32,000 nucleotides of DNA from NCBI GenBank assembly GCA_964252075.1, contig CAXULY010000021.1, forward strand, positions 56,308 through 88,307, written 5' to 3'. The DNA is from an uncultured Deinococcaceae bacterium (GTDB taxonomy: Bacteria > Deinococcota > Deinococci > Deinococcales > Deinococcaceae). Below the pieces are notes generated by a model, which saw nothing but the letters and a program-made list of their open reading frames with translations, had not been told where the DNA came from and made no database searches. The position numbers and the translations under genes are program-made. The stretch's first letter is position 1; each line of letters begins with the position of its first letter. Below are positions 1 to 6,307 of the stretch, piece by piece.

Positions 1-2
1 TG

Positions 3-176
3 TTCGAGCTGGCGTGGGCGCACCAACAGCACACGCCCATCGTGCTGGTGATGGAGCCGGGCAACGTGCACGATCATGCGTTCGTGCGTGAGGTGGCGAC
101 GTTCCGGATGGACACGCTGGAGCAGGCGCGCGCGGTCGCGGAGCACATCCTGTTGCCGGACCACGTGGGGCAGTAG
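3..176 (+). CDS. 3' end of an incomplete CDS, hypothetical protein (..FELAWAHQQHTPIVLVMEPGNVHDHAFVREVATFRMDTLEQARAVAEHILLPDHVGQ*)
   Basis: The frame is open from the window edge to TAG at 174-176, with GC-rich third positions. A palindrome and a hairpin/T-run terminator follow. There is only a weak resemblance to nucleoside 2-deoxyribosyltransferase-like proteins, and I did not rely on it. Confidence 0.5.
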   Translation, partial: FELAWAHQQHTPIVLVMEPGNVHDHAFVREVATFRMDTLEQARAVAEHILLPDHVGQ

Positions 177-190
177 CGCCCCACGTCTAT

Positions 191-214
191 TTTTGATAAC
201 AGCGATTATCAAAA
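191..214. repeat. Perfect inverted repeat TTTTGATAA-cagcga-TTATCAAAA (9-bp arms, 6-nt spacer), AT-rich
   Basis: Read directly from the sequence. It lies between the stop codon at 176 and the terminator at 215. Its function is unknown; it could be an operator-like site or part of a compound terminator. Confidence 0.6.
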
Positions 215-242
215 GGCCGCTGGACACCCCAGCGGCCTTTTG
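215..242 (+). terminator. Rho-independent terminator (GGCCGCTGG-acacc-CCAGCGGCC followed by TTTTGT)
   Basis: A 9-bp perfect GC-rich stem with a 5-nt loop and a T-run, directly after the partial CDS. Confidence 0.7.
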
Positions 243-276
243 TGGGCTTAGGCTCGTCATGAAAAGGAGGACCGTC

Positions 277-552
277 ATGAGGCACCGTTGGGGACCGCTC
301 ACGCCGGAAGCCGAGCAGGCGTTCACGCTCGGACTGGACGAGGCCGCCCGTCAATGCGTCGTCTGCGGGCTGATTCGACGCTCATCGGAGGGACAGCCGC
401 TCTATCAGGTGGTGCGGCGGGGGAAGTTGCGGCGCCTGCTCGCGCACGATGACAAGGGTGGGCTTTTCCAGCGGCTCCCCGCCTGCAGGCCTGAGCGGAA
501 GGTGTACGAGAGTGGTCACGTGCTGCGGGAGTTCCCGCCGCCCACGCCTTAA
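277..552 (+). CDS. Small hypothetical protein (91 aa; contains CVVCG and a later Cys)
   Basis: AGGAGG at 265-270 lies 6 nt upstream of ATG 277. The tracked ORF 76-552 was trimmed to this start. A hairpin follows at 574-601. Confidence 0.6.
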   Translation: MRHRWGPLTPEAEQAFTLGLDEAARQCVVCGLIRRSSEGQPLYQVVRRGKLRRLLAHDDKGGLFQRLPACRPERKVYESGHVLREFPPPTP

Positions 553-573
553 TCGAGAAAACAAATGTTAAAA

Positions 574-601
574 GGCGGGGCGCCCAACCGGGCGCCCCGC
601 C
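574..601. terminator. Bidirectional hairpin terminator (GGCGGGGCGCCC-aacc-GGGCGCCCCGCC)
   Basis: A 12-bp perfect stem between convergent genes (277-552 on + and 676-1317 on -). On the minus strand it is followed by TTTTAAC, and on the plus strand by TTCCTGTGT. Confidence 0.65.
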
Positions 602-675
602 TTCCTGTGTGCCCTGGACCCTCAGCGCGCCGCCGAGGCCCCTTCACGGCCTTCCTGTGCGGGGGCTCGGCGGGT

Positions 676-1317
676 TCACTTCAGCAGCCCGAAGATTTTG
701 CGCGCACGCGCCGCCAGCGTGAACTTGCCTGACAGGTCAGTGTCCGCGTCCAGCGCCAGCAGCTGACCATCATTCACGTACCCCACCCGCTCGTAGCGAC
801 CATCGGCCATCAGGTACGCCTCACCGCTGAACCCCACCTGACCTTCCTGACTGTAGCCGGACAGGTAGAGGGTGCCGCGCCCCGCCTTATCCCGCAAGGC
901 CACGATCAGGTGCAGGCCCATGACGGCATTTGACGCGCTGACCCCCTCACGCCTCCACGCCTCGGTCGCGGCGTTCCGCCGCACCTCACCCAACCAGTAC
1001 AGGTAGTAGTGGAAGTAGCTGGGCCACACCTCGTTCGAGAGGGTGAGGCCTTCAGGGTACGCCTTGCGGTCGAAGACGGCGTTGAAGATCAGGAACCCGC
1101 CGTCCGCCTCGGCGGTGATGTTGCAGCCGCAGTCTTTGACGTAGCGCGCCTCGCGCTTGTCGGTGTAGTTGAGGTAGTTGGGGTTCACCTGCTGCACCGC
1201 CGCCGAGAGGTACGCCTTGTAGTTGCTGCCCAGACCGTTGCTGTGGAAATTCACCACGCTGCCCGCGCTGGCCGCCCCGCACAGCGCCAGGGCGAGTGCC
1301 CATGCCTTCATGCTCAT
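676..1317 (-). CDS. Secreted hypothetical protein (213 aa) with an N-terminal signal peptide (MSMKAWALALALCGAASAGS)
   Basis: This is the C-terminal part of tracked ORF 676-2274(-), starting at the ATG complementary to 1315-1317. It has a hydrophobic signal-like N-terminus and a natural-looking, Tyr/Asn-containing composition. A TAnnnT box (TACCCT) sits 6 nt upstream of the ATG. Its orientation is opposite to all neighbouring genes. Confidence 0.75.
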   Translation of the reverse strand: MSMKAWALALALCGAASAGSVVNFHSNGLGSNYKAYLSAAVQQVNPNYLNYTDKREARYVKDCGCNITAEADGGFLIFNAVFDRKAYPEGLTLSNEVWPSYFHYYLYWLGEVRRNAATEAWRREGVSASNAVMGLHLIVALRDKAGRGTLYLSGYSQEGQVGFSGEAYLMADGRYERVGYVNDGQLLALDADTDLSGKFTLAARARKIFGLLK

Positions 1318-1386
1318 GTGCCTAGGGTAGCGGTTGCCCGGCGCGCCAAACGGCGCAATCTCGCGCCCCCCGGCGCCGTCGTCAGG

Positions 1387-2280
1387 ATGCGCCGCATGAT
1401 CGCTCCTTTCCAGGCCATCCCAGCGCCGAGCGGCGGCGCCGTGAAGCTCATCCTCGGGCACGTGGGCGACCTCGCCGCGCTCATCCTCGCGACCAACGCG
1501 CCCACCCCGCCGGACTCCGTGACGCGCGCGGGCGCCCGCGTGGTGCACCAGGGCCGCGTGCGGCTGCGCGAGAACAGCAACCCGCACGCCCCGCGCTTCT
1601 ACGTGATGGACCTCAATACGGACGCCCTGCCGGACGGCGAGGTGGTGTACTACCACGCCTTCGAGCAGCTGCCGGACGGCACGCACCGCCCCGCCGTCAC
1701 GGTGTCGTGCACGCCCCGCTGCCTCCGACAGGCGGTCGTGCTGCTCATGCGGGACCTCGTGAAGCCCCGGTTGCGCTACCACCTCACGCGCGGCATCCAC
1801 GAGGGCGCCCTCACGGACTGGTTCCAGGGCAACCCCGTGCAGGTGTTCGAGCAGGAGGTGCGCGCGCAGGGCGTGCCGCTGCCCGCCATCTTCATCAAGG
1901 AAACCGCGACGCCCGCGCCGGACGCCGAAACCATCGGCAAGGCGGGCGGGGAGTACCTGGAGCTGGACGGCACCGCCACGCGCGAGTACCGCCACGCCTT
2001 CAACACGCGCGTCGACGTGCTGCTGCTGTGCGGCAACGCGGTGGACCGCGCGCAGCTCGAGCAGTACGTGGAGGGCGCGCTCCTTCAGGACCTCGATTAC
2101 TACCAGCACGGCGGCATCGAGAACCCGCAGGTGTCGCGCTTCCCGCGGCACGACCTGGATGACGGCGGCGCGGAGTACTACACGTGCGAGTTCACCCTGC
2201 AGGGCACGACGTACGCGCGCGTGGTGGAGACCCTCACGTGGGGCGTCACGGACAACCGCAGCGAGGGGCGCCACCAGTGA
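1387..2280 (+). CDS. Hypothetical phage protein (297 aa), possibly tail-completion or neck related by position only
   Basis: Tracked ORF 1009-2280 was trimmed to ATG 1387 (MRRMIAPF..) so that it does not overlap the divergent gene. Third-position GC is high. It lies upstream of the sheath gene. Confidence 0.65.
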   Translation: MRRMIAPFQAIPAPSGGAVKLILGHVGDLAALILATNAPTPPDSVTRAGARVVHQGRVRLRENSNPHAPRFYVMDLNTDALPDGEVVYYHAFEQLPDGTHRPAVTVSCTPRCLRQAVVLLMRDLVKPRLRYHLTRGIHEGALTDWFQGNPVQVFEQEVRAQGVPLPAIFIKETATPAPDAETIGKAGGEYLELDGTATREYRHAFNTRVDVLLLCGNAVDRAQLEQYVEGALLQDLDYYQHGGIENPQVSRFPRHDLDDGGAEYYTCEFTLQGTTYARVVETLTWGVTDNRSEGRHQ

Positions 2281-2331
2281 GGGCCGCGCGACCCCCCGCG
2301 CGGGACCTCAACGTGCCGGGCGGAGGAAGCA

Positions 2332-2589
2332 ATGGCTGATGAATCGAAAGGCAAGGGGGTCGTGAGCCCCACGCCGGACACCCCGACCGCCCCGCAGAAC
2401 AGCGGCCCGGCCACCCCGCCGGACGCCGCACCCACCACCGAGCCGCGCCTCGCCCTCTCGCGCTTCCTGGCGACCGAGCCGGGCGTGCGCCCCGTAACGC
2501 GCACCATCCTCACCAAGGTCTTCGGGGACGAGAAGCACACCGCGAGCGAGTGGCGCGCGCTCGTGCAGCAGAACCGGGGGAATGAATGA
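2332..2589 (+). CDS. Small hypothetical protein (85 aa, Pro/Thr-rich N-terminus)
   Basis: GGAGGA lies about 6 nt upstream of ATG 2332. Its stop overlaps the sheath start (ATGA at 2586-2589). Confidence 0.65.
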   Translation: MADESKGKGVVSPTPDTPTAPQNSGPATPPDAAPTTEPRLALSRFLATEPGVRPVTRTILTKVFGDEKHTASEWRALVQQNRGNE

Positions 2590-4334
2590 GCACCGGGAAA
2601 TTCGCGGATTACTTCGCGGGGCGCGCCATCACGCTGCCCGGCGTGTACACCGACACGGACGCGTCCGCGCTCGTCGCGCCGTCCGGCGTGCCGCAACGCG
2701 CCATGGTGATTGTGGACGTGGCGCGCGGCGGGAACGTCGGCCTCGCGACGCGCGTGCCCGCCGCGCAGGTCGTGCCGCTGCTGCGCGGCGGGCACGGCGC
2801 GCAGCTCGCCAGCATCGCCACGAACGAGGGCGGCCTCAAAGAGGTGTTCTTCGTGCGCGTGAACGCCGCCACCGCGGCGGCGCTCGACGTGGGTGACGGC
2901 ACCATCACGCACCGCAACCCCGGCACGGGCAGCCGCGCCACGAAGGTGGAGCGCAGCGCGAACGCCGCCCGCGCGGACGCCTGGGACGTGCGCGTGACCG
3001 ACACGTCCGGCGCCTTCCCGCCCGAGGCGTACCTCGGCCTTGGCCCGGTGCTGGACGTCACGTACGCTGGCACGGGCAGCGCGCCCACGCTCGCCATCAC
3101 GGCGGCGACCGGCACCACCACCTTCACGTTCGGCGCGACGGACGACACGGACGCCGTGGAGGTCGTGACGAGCGACCAGGCCGCGACCGCGCAGCTCCTC
3201 GCGGACTTCCTGAACGGCACGCCCAGCTGGACCGCGAAGGTCTCGGGCAACCCGGCGTTCCCACTCGCGCAGGTGCCCGCGCAGACCGTGACGTTCACGG
3301 CCAGCAAGGGCAGCGTGTCGGGCGGCTTCAACACCATCGCGGTGGCGCTGGAGAACAGCAACATCGTGGCTGGCACGCCCAAGGCGGGCGCGGCGCGCCT
3401 CACGAGCGGCGCGGAGTACCTGACGGGCGGCTCCGACGGCAGCGCCCCCACCACGAACGACTGGATCAGCGCGCTGCGCGTGTGCGAGAACCTGCCGGTC
3501 ATCAACATCGTGATCGGCACGGGCGACCCGGCGGTCGTCGCGGCGCTCGAAAGCCACGTGCTGCGCATGAGTGAAGTCACCGCGAAGCGCGAGCGCATCG
3601 GCTGGACGGGCCCCGGCCTGCAGGTCAGCAAGGCGGCGTTCAAGTCGGCGGCCATCACGCTGGCGCTGCAGTGCGACTCGTCGCGCATGGTCGTGGCGGG
3701 CAACGAGGTCATCACGAACGACCTGCTGACCCGCAAGCTCACGCGCTTCGACAGCACTGCGCTGGCGGCGTTCGCGGCGGCCCTGAAGACCGCCGGGCGG
3801 CCCGAGGAGCCCCTCACGCACAAGACCGTGCCGATGCAGCTGCAATACAGCTACGACCCGGACGCGGACCTCGTGGACCTCATCGAGGGCGGCGTCATGG
3901 CGGCGCACTACGACACCGAGGCGGGCCGCAACCTCATCACGCAGGGCCTCACGACGTACACGGATGACGCGAACGTCGCGTACCGCAAGATCGCCGGTCA
4001 GGACACCATCGACTACCTGAACAAGCGCCTGCGCGTCGCGCTGGAGCCGTTCGTCGGCAAGGTGGGCGACCAGACGCTCGCGCAGCAGGTCGTCACGAAA
4101 GCGGCGGGCGTGCTGAACAGCGAGATCCGCGACACCCGCAACCCGCGCGGCGTGCTGATCGCCGGGCTGGACCCCGAAACCCGCGCGCCCGTGAAGGCGT
4201 GGGACTCGCTGGTGGCCGAAACGAACGGCTTCGACGTGCTCGGCGTGACGTTCAACGCGCGCATCGTCGGCGAGATCGCCAAGGTGTTCGTGACCACCAC
4301 CCTCAAGCCCGTGACGCTCACGGCGAGCGCGTAA
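2586..4334 (+). CDS. Phage tail sheath protein (582 aa)
   Basis: The N-terminal ..AITLPGVYTDTD.. resembles the PGVY motif at sheath N-termini. The size fits, and the gene sits immediately upstream of the tube, chaperone and tape measure genes. Confidence 0.85.
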   Translation: MSTGKFADYFAGRAITLPGVYTDTDASALVAPSGVPQRAMVIVDVARGGNVGLATRVPAAQVVPLLRGGHGAQLASIATNEGGLKEVFFVRVNAATAAALDVGDGTITHRNPGTGSRATKVERSANAARADAWDVRVTDTSGAFPPEAYLGLGPVLDVTYAGTGSAPTLAITAATGTTTFTFGATDDTDAVEVVTSDQAATAQLLADFLNGTPSWTAKVSGNPAFPLAQVPAQTVTFTASKGSVSGGFNTIAVALENSNIVAGTPKAGAARLTSGAEYLTGGSDGSAPTTNDWISALRVCENLPVINIVIGTGDPAVVAALESHVLRMSEVTAKRERIGWTGPGLQVSKAAFKSAAITLALQCDSSRMVVAGNEVITNDLLTRKLTRFDSTALAAFAAALKTAGRPEEPLTHKTVPMQLQYSYDPDADLVDLIEGGVMAAHYDTEAGRNLITQGLTTYTDDANVAYRKIAGQDTIDYLNKRLRVALEPFVGKVGDQTLAQQVVTKAAGVLNSEIRDTRNPRGVLIAGLDPETRAPVKAWDSLVAETNGFDVLGVTFNARIVGEIAKVFVTTTLKPVTLTASA

Positions 4335-4345
4335 GGAGGCCCTGA

Positions 4346-4882
4346 GTGACGGTCTACAACAACTACAACAGCGTGAAGTCCCGCCACGCGAACACCGCCA
4401 AGGTGATTATTGACGGCGAGGTGGTCGCGGAGTGCATGTCGATCAGCGTGCAGGAGTCCGGCGGCACCGACCAGACGTACACGGTCGGTGAGGCCAAGCC
4501 GCAGGAGAGCATCCACAACCGCTACAGCGCCAGCGCGCAGATTCAGCGCGTGATCTTCAAGGACGGCGCGCTCCAGAAGTACACGATGGGCGGCTCCGGC
4601 CTGCTGGACCTCCCGACGTTCACCATCCAGGCGATTGACGAGATTGACGGCGCGGTGCTGTTCACCTTGATCGGCTGCACGCTCGCGTCGCGCAGCACGA
4701 ACATCCAGGCGAACCAGCGCATCATGAGCGACGTGCAGGTGCTCGCGCTGGACTGCCAGGACAAGGACGGGCAGGTGTCGGGCGGCAGCACCTTCGGGCA
4801 GGACGGCGGGGCGGGCGCCGCCACCACCAACGACACCACCCCGCGCGGCGGCAGCGCCGGACTGGGCCGACCCGTTCCCTGA
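4346..4882 (+). CDS. Phage tail tube protein (178 aa, XkdM/tube-like by position)
   Basis: GTG start at 4346 preceded by AAGGAGG (4332-4338). The size and its position directly after the sheath gene fit a tube protein. The C-terminus is Gly-rich. Confidence 0.75.
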   Translation: MTVYNNYNSVKSRHANTAKVIIDGEVVAECMSISVQESGGTDQTYTVGEAKPQESIHNRYSASAQIQRVIFKDGALQKYTMGGSGLLDLPTFTIQAIDEIDGAVLFTLIGCTLASRSTNIQANQRIMSDVQVLALDCQDKDGQVSGGSTFGQDGGAGAATTNDTTPRGGSAGLGRPVP

Positions 4883-4888
4883 TCGTCA

Positions 4889-4902
4889 GTTTGTCAACAA
4901 AC
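4889..4902. repeat. Perfect 14-nt palindrome GTTTGTCAACAAAC within a CAAACAA-rich low-GC spacer
   Basis: Read directly from the sequence, immediately after the tube stop codon and before the hairpin at 4913. Confidence 0.5.
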
Positions 4903-4912
4903 AAGCAAACAA

Positions 4913-4937
4913 ACCGTCGCCCCAAGCGGCGGTTTTT
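4913..4937 (+). terminator. Intrinsic terminator or attenuator after the tube gene (ACCGTCGC-cccaa-GCGGCGGT followed by TTTTT)
   Basis: An 8-bp stem with one G-U pair and a T5 run. An attenuator after the abundant sheath and tube genes is a common phage arrangement. Confidence 0.6.
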
Positions 4938-4970
4938 CGCGCTCCCCGCGCGCCCCGCCAACATGGGGGC

Positions 4971-5384
4971 ATGGACGCCACCACCTCCGAAGTCGTCACC
5001 ATCACGCACGCGGACGCCACGCTGAGCGGCCCGGTGATCTTCCGCTACCCCACGGCCTTCGATCAGATCGCCATCGGCGCGCGCGTCAGCGACCTGCTGA
5101 ACGCCGGGCGGGACGTGCAGTTGCCGCGCGTGCACCCCGCCGACGTGATGCTCGACACGTACCGCCTCGCGCACGCCGTCGCGACGCTGGAGCACGTCAT
5201 TCACACGGCGCCGCGCGGGCTGTACGAGAGCGTGAACGGCCGCGCGGTGCTGAACGTCGGGCGGCTCGTGGACGAGGACGACGACCAGGGCGGCCTCATC
5301 ATGACGCTCTACGCAGCGTACGAGCAGTGGAGGTCGTCCTTTCGACGCGCGCGAAGCGCAGCACCTCCAGACGCTGGCGCGTGA
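4971..5384 (+). CDS. Tail assembly chaperone, short (G-like) product, 137 aa
   Basis: It lies between the tube and tape measure genes, is acidic, and has GGGGG upstream of the ATG. It overlaps a downstream open frame in the +1 phase. Confidence 0.7.
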   Translation: MDATTSEVVTITHADATLSGPVIFRYPTAFDQIAIGARVSDLLNAGRDVQLPRVHPADVMLDTYRLAHAVATLEHVIHTAPRGLYESVNGRAVLNVGRLVDEDDDQGGLIMTLYAAYEQWRSSFRRARSAAPPDAGA

Positions 5385-5709
5385 CGACGCCGCGCGCTTC
5401 ATCGCCGCCGCCGCGCACCGGGTGGGCGAGAACCCCCTCGCGGCGCTCGGCGTGCCGGGCGTGTGGTCCGTCGAGCGGGCGGTGTTCCTGCACGACCTGC
5501 TGACGCCGCGCGACCAGGGCGGCAAGACGCAGGGCGAGCTGGACGACGGCGCGCAGGCGGTGCTGGACGCGATGGACGCGCGCGACTCGTGGACGCAGGC
5601 GACCCGCACCGGGTACCGTGGGCCGCGCGGGCGCGTGCCCACGAAGGTACGCCAAATGGCGCATACGCCAGTCCCTCGACGCATCAACATCCAGTGGAAT
5701 CGCGTTTGA
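4971..5709 (+). CDS. Putative frameshifted long (GT-like) chaperone product, join(4971..5342,5344..5709), about 245 aa
   Basis: The +1 phase is open from 5305 to 5709 and reads as natural sequence (..FDAREAQHLQTLARDDAARFIAAAAHRVGENPLAALG..). A UUU CGA site at 5340-5345 would allow a UUU to UUC slip ahead of the CGA codon (probably rare in GC3-rich genes). The last 20 or so codons run into low-GC DNA. Confidence 0.5.
5340..5345 (+). other. Candidate +1 programmed ribosomal frameshift site (UUU_CGA)
   Basis: The zero-frame codons are TCC TTT CGA. A P-site Phe tRNA can re-pair on UUC (5341-5343). The zero frame terminates 13 codons later at 5382-5384. Confidence 0.4.
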
Positions 5710-5919
5710 GTTTTATTAGCAGGAATAAACCATGCGATGAATTCAGACCTCCGCTCAATGCTTCAAAAAGGCCTTTTTCCCGTGGTTGTCATAACAAACA
5801 GGGAAAAGGGTCGTATTTACTTGCTACTCATCCGGCTCATAGGCTCTGCTCAATTTGCACATCATCATTGACACTGTTGCAGACGAGCAATTTAGCCTAA
5901 TGAAGCCGCCCCAAGTTCA

Positions 5920-5948
5920 TTGACATTGGCGCGCTAACACATTACGAT
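5920..5948 (+). promoter_or_regulatory. Sigma-70-type promoter TTGACA-N17-TACGAT
   Basis: TTGACA at 5920-5925, an exact 17-nt spacer, and TACGAT at 5943-5948, inside the low-GC island. A second TTGACA at 5868-5873 lies within a duplicated 12-mer, TCATTGACAYTG (5865-5876 and 5917-5928). Confidence 0.5.
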
Positions 5949-6014
5949 GAAGGAGCCTGAGAGGGCGGGAAGCTTGACAGTCAGGACACCAGGGGCACCA
6001 AAGGCAAAAGGATT

Positions 6015-6042
6015 GCAGGTGCCTCTTGCCGGAGGCACCTGC
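6015..6042 (+). promoter_or_regulatory. Perfect 11-bp hairpin (GCAGGTGCCTC-ttgccg-GAGGCACCTGC) in the leader of the mini-ORF
   Basis: Read directly from the sequence. It lies about 60 nt downstream of the predicted transcription start and 18 nt upstream of ATG 6060. Confidence 0.55.
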
Positions 6043-6059
6043 GGAAAGGCAAGGTGACT

Positions 6060-6194
6060 ATGCGTCTAAACCAACGCAAGTCTACCAAAGCCACGCGCAG
6101 GCCTCAAGTCCCCGACTTTGAGGCAAAGGTTCAGCTGTTGAACCTGCTCGTGAATTTGGCGCGACTCGTCATCGAGTTGATCCAGCACTGGTAA
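6060..6194 (+). CDS. 44-codon mini-ORF (MRLNQRKSTKATRRPQVPDFEAKVQLLNLLVNLARLVIELIQHW)
   Basis: It runs from ATG 6060 to TAA 6192-6194, with AAGG upstream. Third-position GC is 32/44, higher than the local GC of about 55%. The N-terminus is basic and the C-terminus is a hydrophobic or amphipathic helix. A terminator follows. It is too short for the ORF track. Confidence 0.4.
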   Translation: MRLNQRKSTKATRRPQVPDFEAKVQLLNLLVNLARLVIELIQHW

Positions 6195-6237
6195 ATTGCC
6201 TCCTCGCGTGACCTGACCACCGCCCGCCCGCAACGGC

Positions 6238-6264
6238 AACGCCCCCGCAAGGGGGCGTTTTTCA
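6238..6264 (+). terminator. Rho-independent terminator (AACGCCCCC-gcaa-GGGGGCGTT followed by a T-run)
   Basis: A 9-bp stem with a GCAA tetraloop and a T-run, which closes the low-GC cassette just before the tape measure gene. Confidence 0.7.
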
Positions 6265-6307
6265 TTGGTCCCCACCCGCCCCCCGAGCGTGCGCCCAGCA
6301 TGACGGC

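Noticed and set aside
76-552. The full 158-aa version of the first tracked + strand ORF.
   Set aside because: Its 5' part overlaps the upstream CDS and runs across the terminator hairpin and palindrome. A strong AGGAGG-N6-ATG at 277 gives a more plausible 91-aa product.
5758-5871. A 37-codon + strand ORF (MLQKGLFPVVVITNREKGRIYLLLIRLIGSAQFAHHH) in the low-GC island.
   Set aside because: Third-position GC is only about 40%, there is no ribosome-binding site, and it would end within the TTGACA box. I kept it only as a remote possibility under the island finding.
5463-5900. The 145-aa + strand ORF spanning the chaperone extension and the low-GC island, and the 69-aa minus-strand ORF at 6066-6275.
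   Set aside because: The first is an out-of-frame Arg/Ala run that then drifts through AT-rich DNA without codon bias. The second starts inside the terminator hairpin and is antisense to the better-supported 44-codon ORF.
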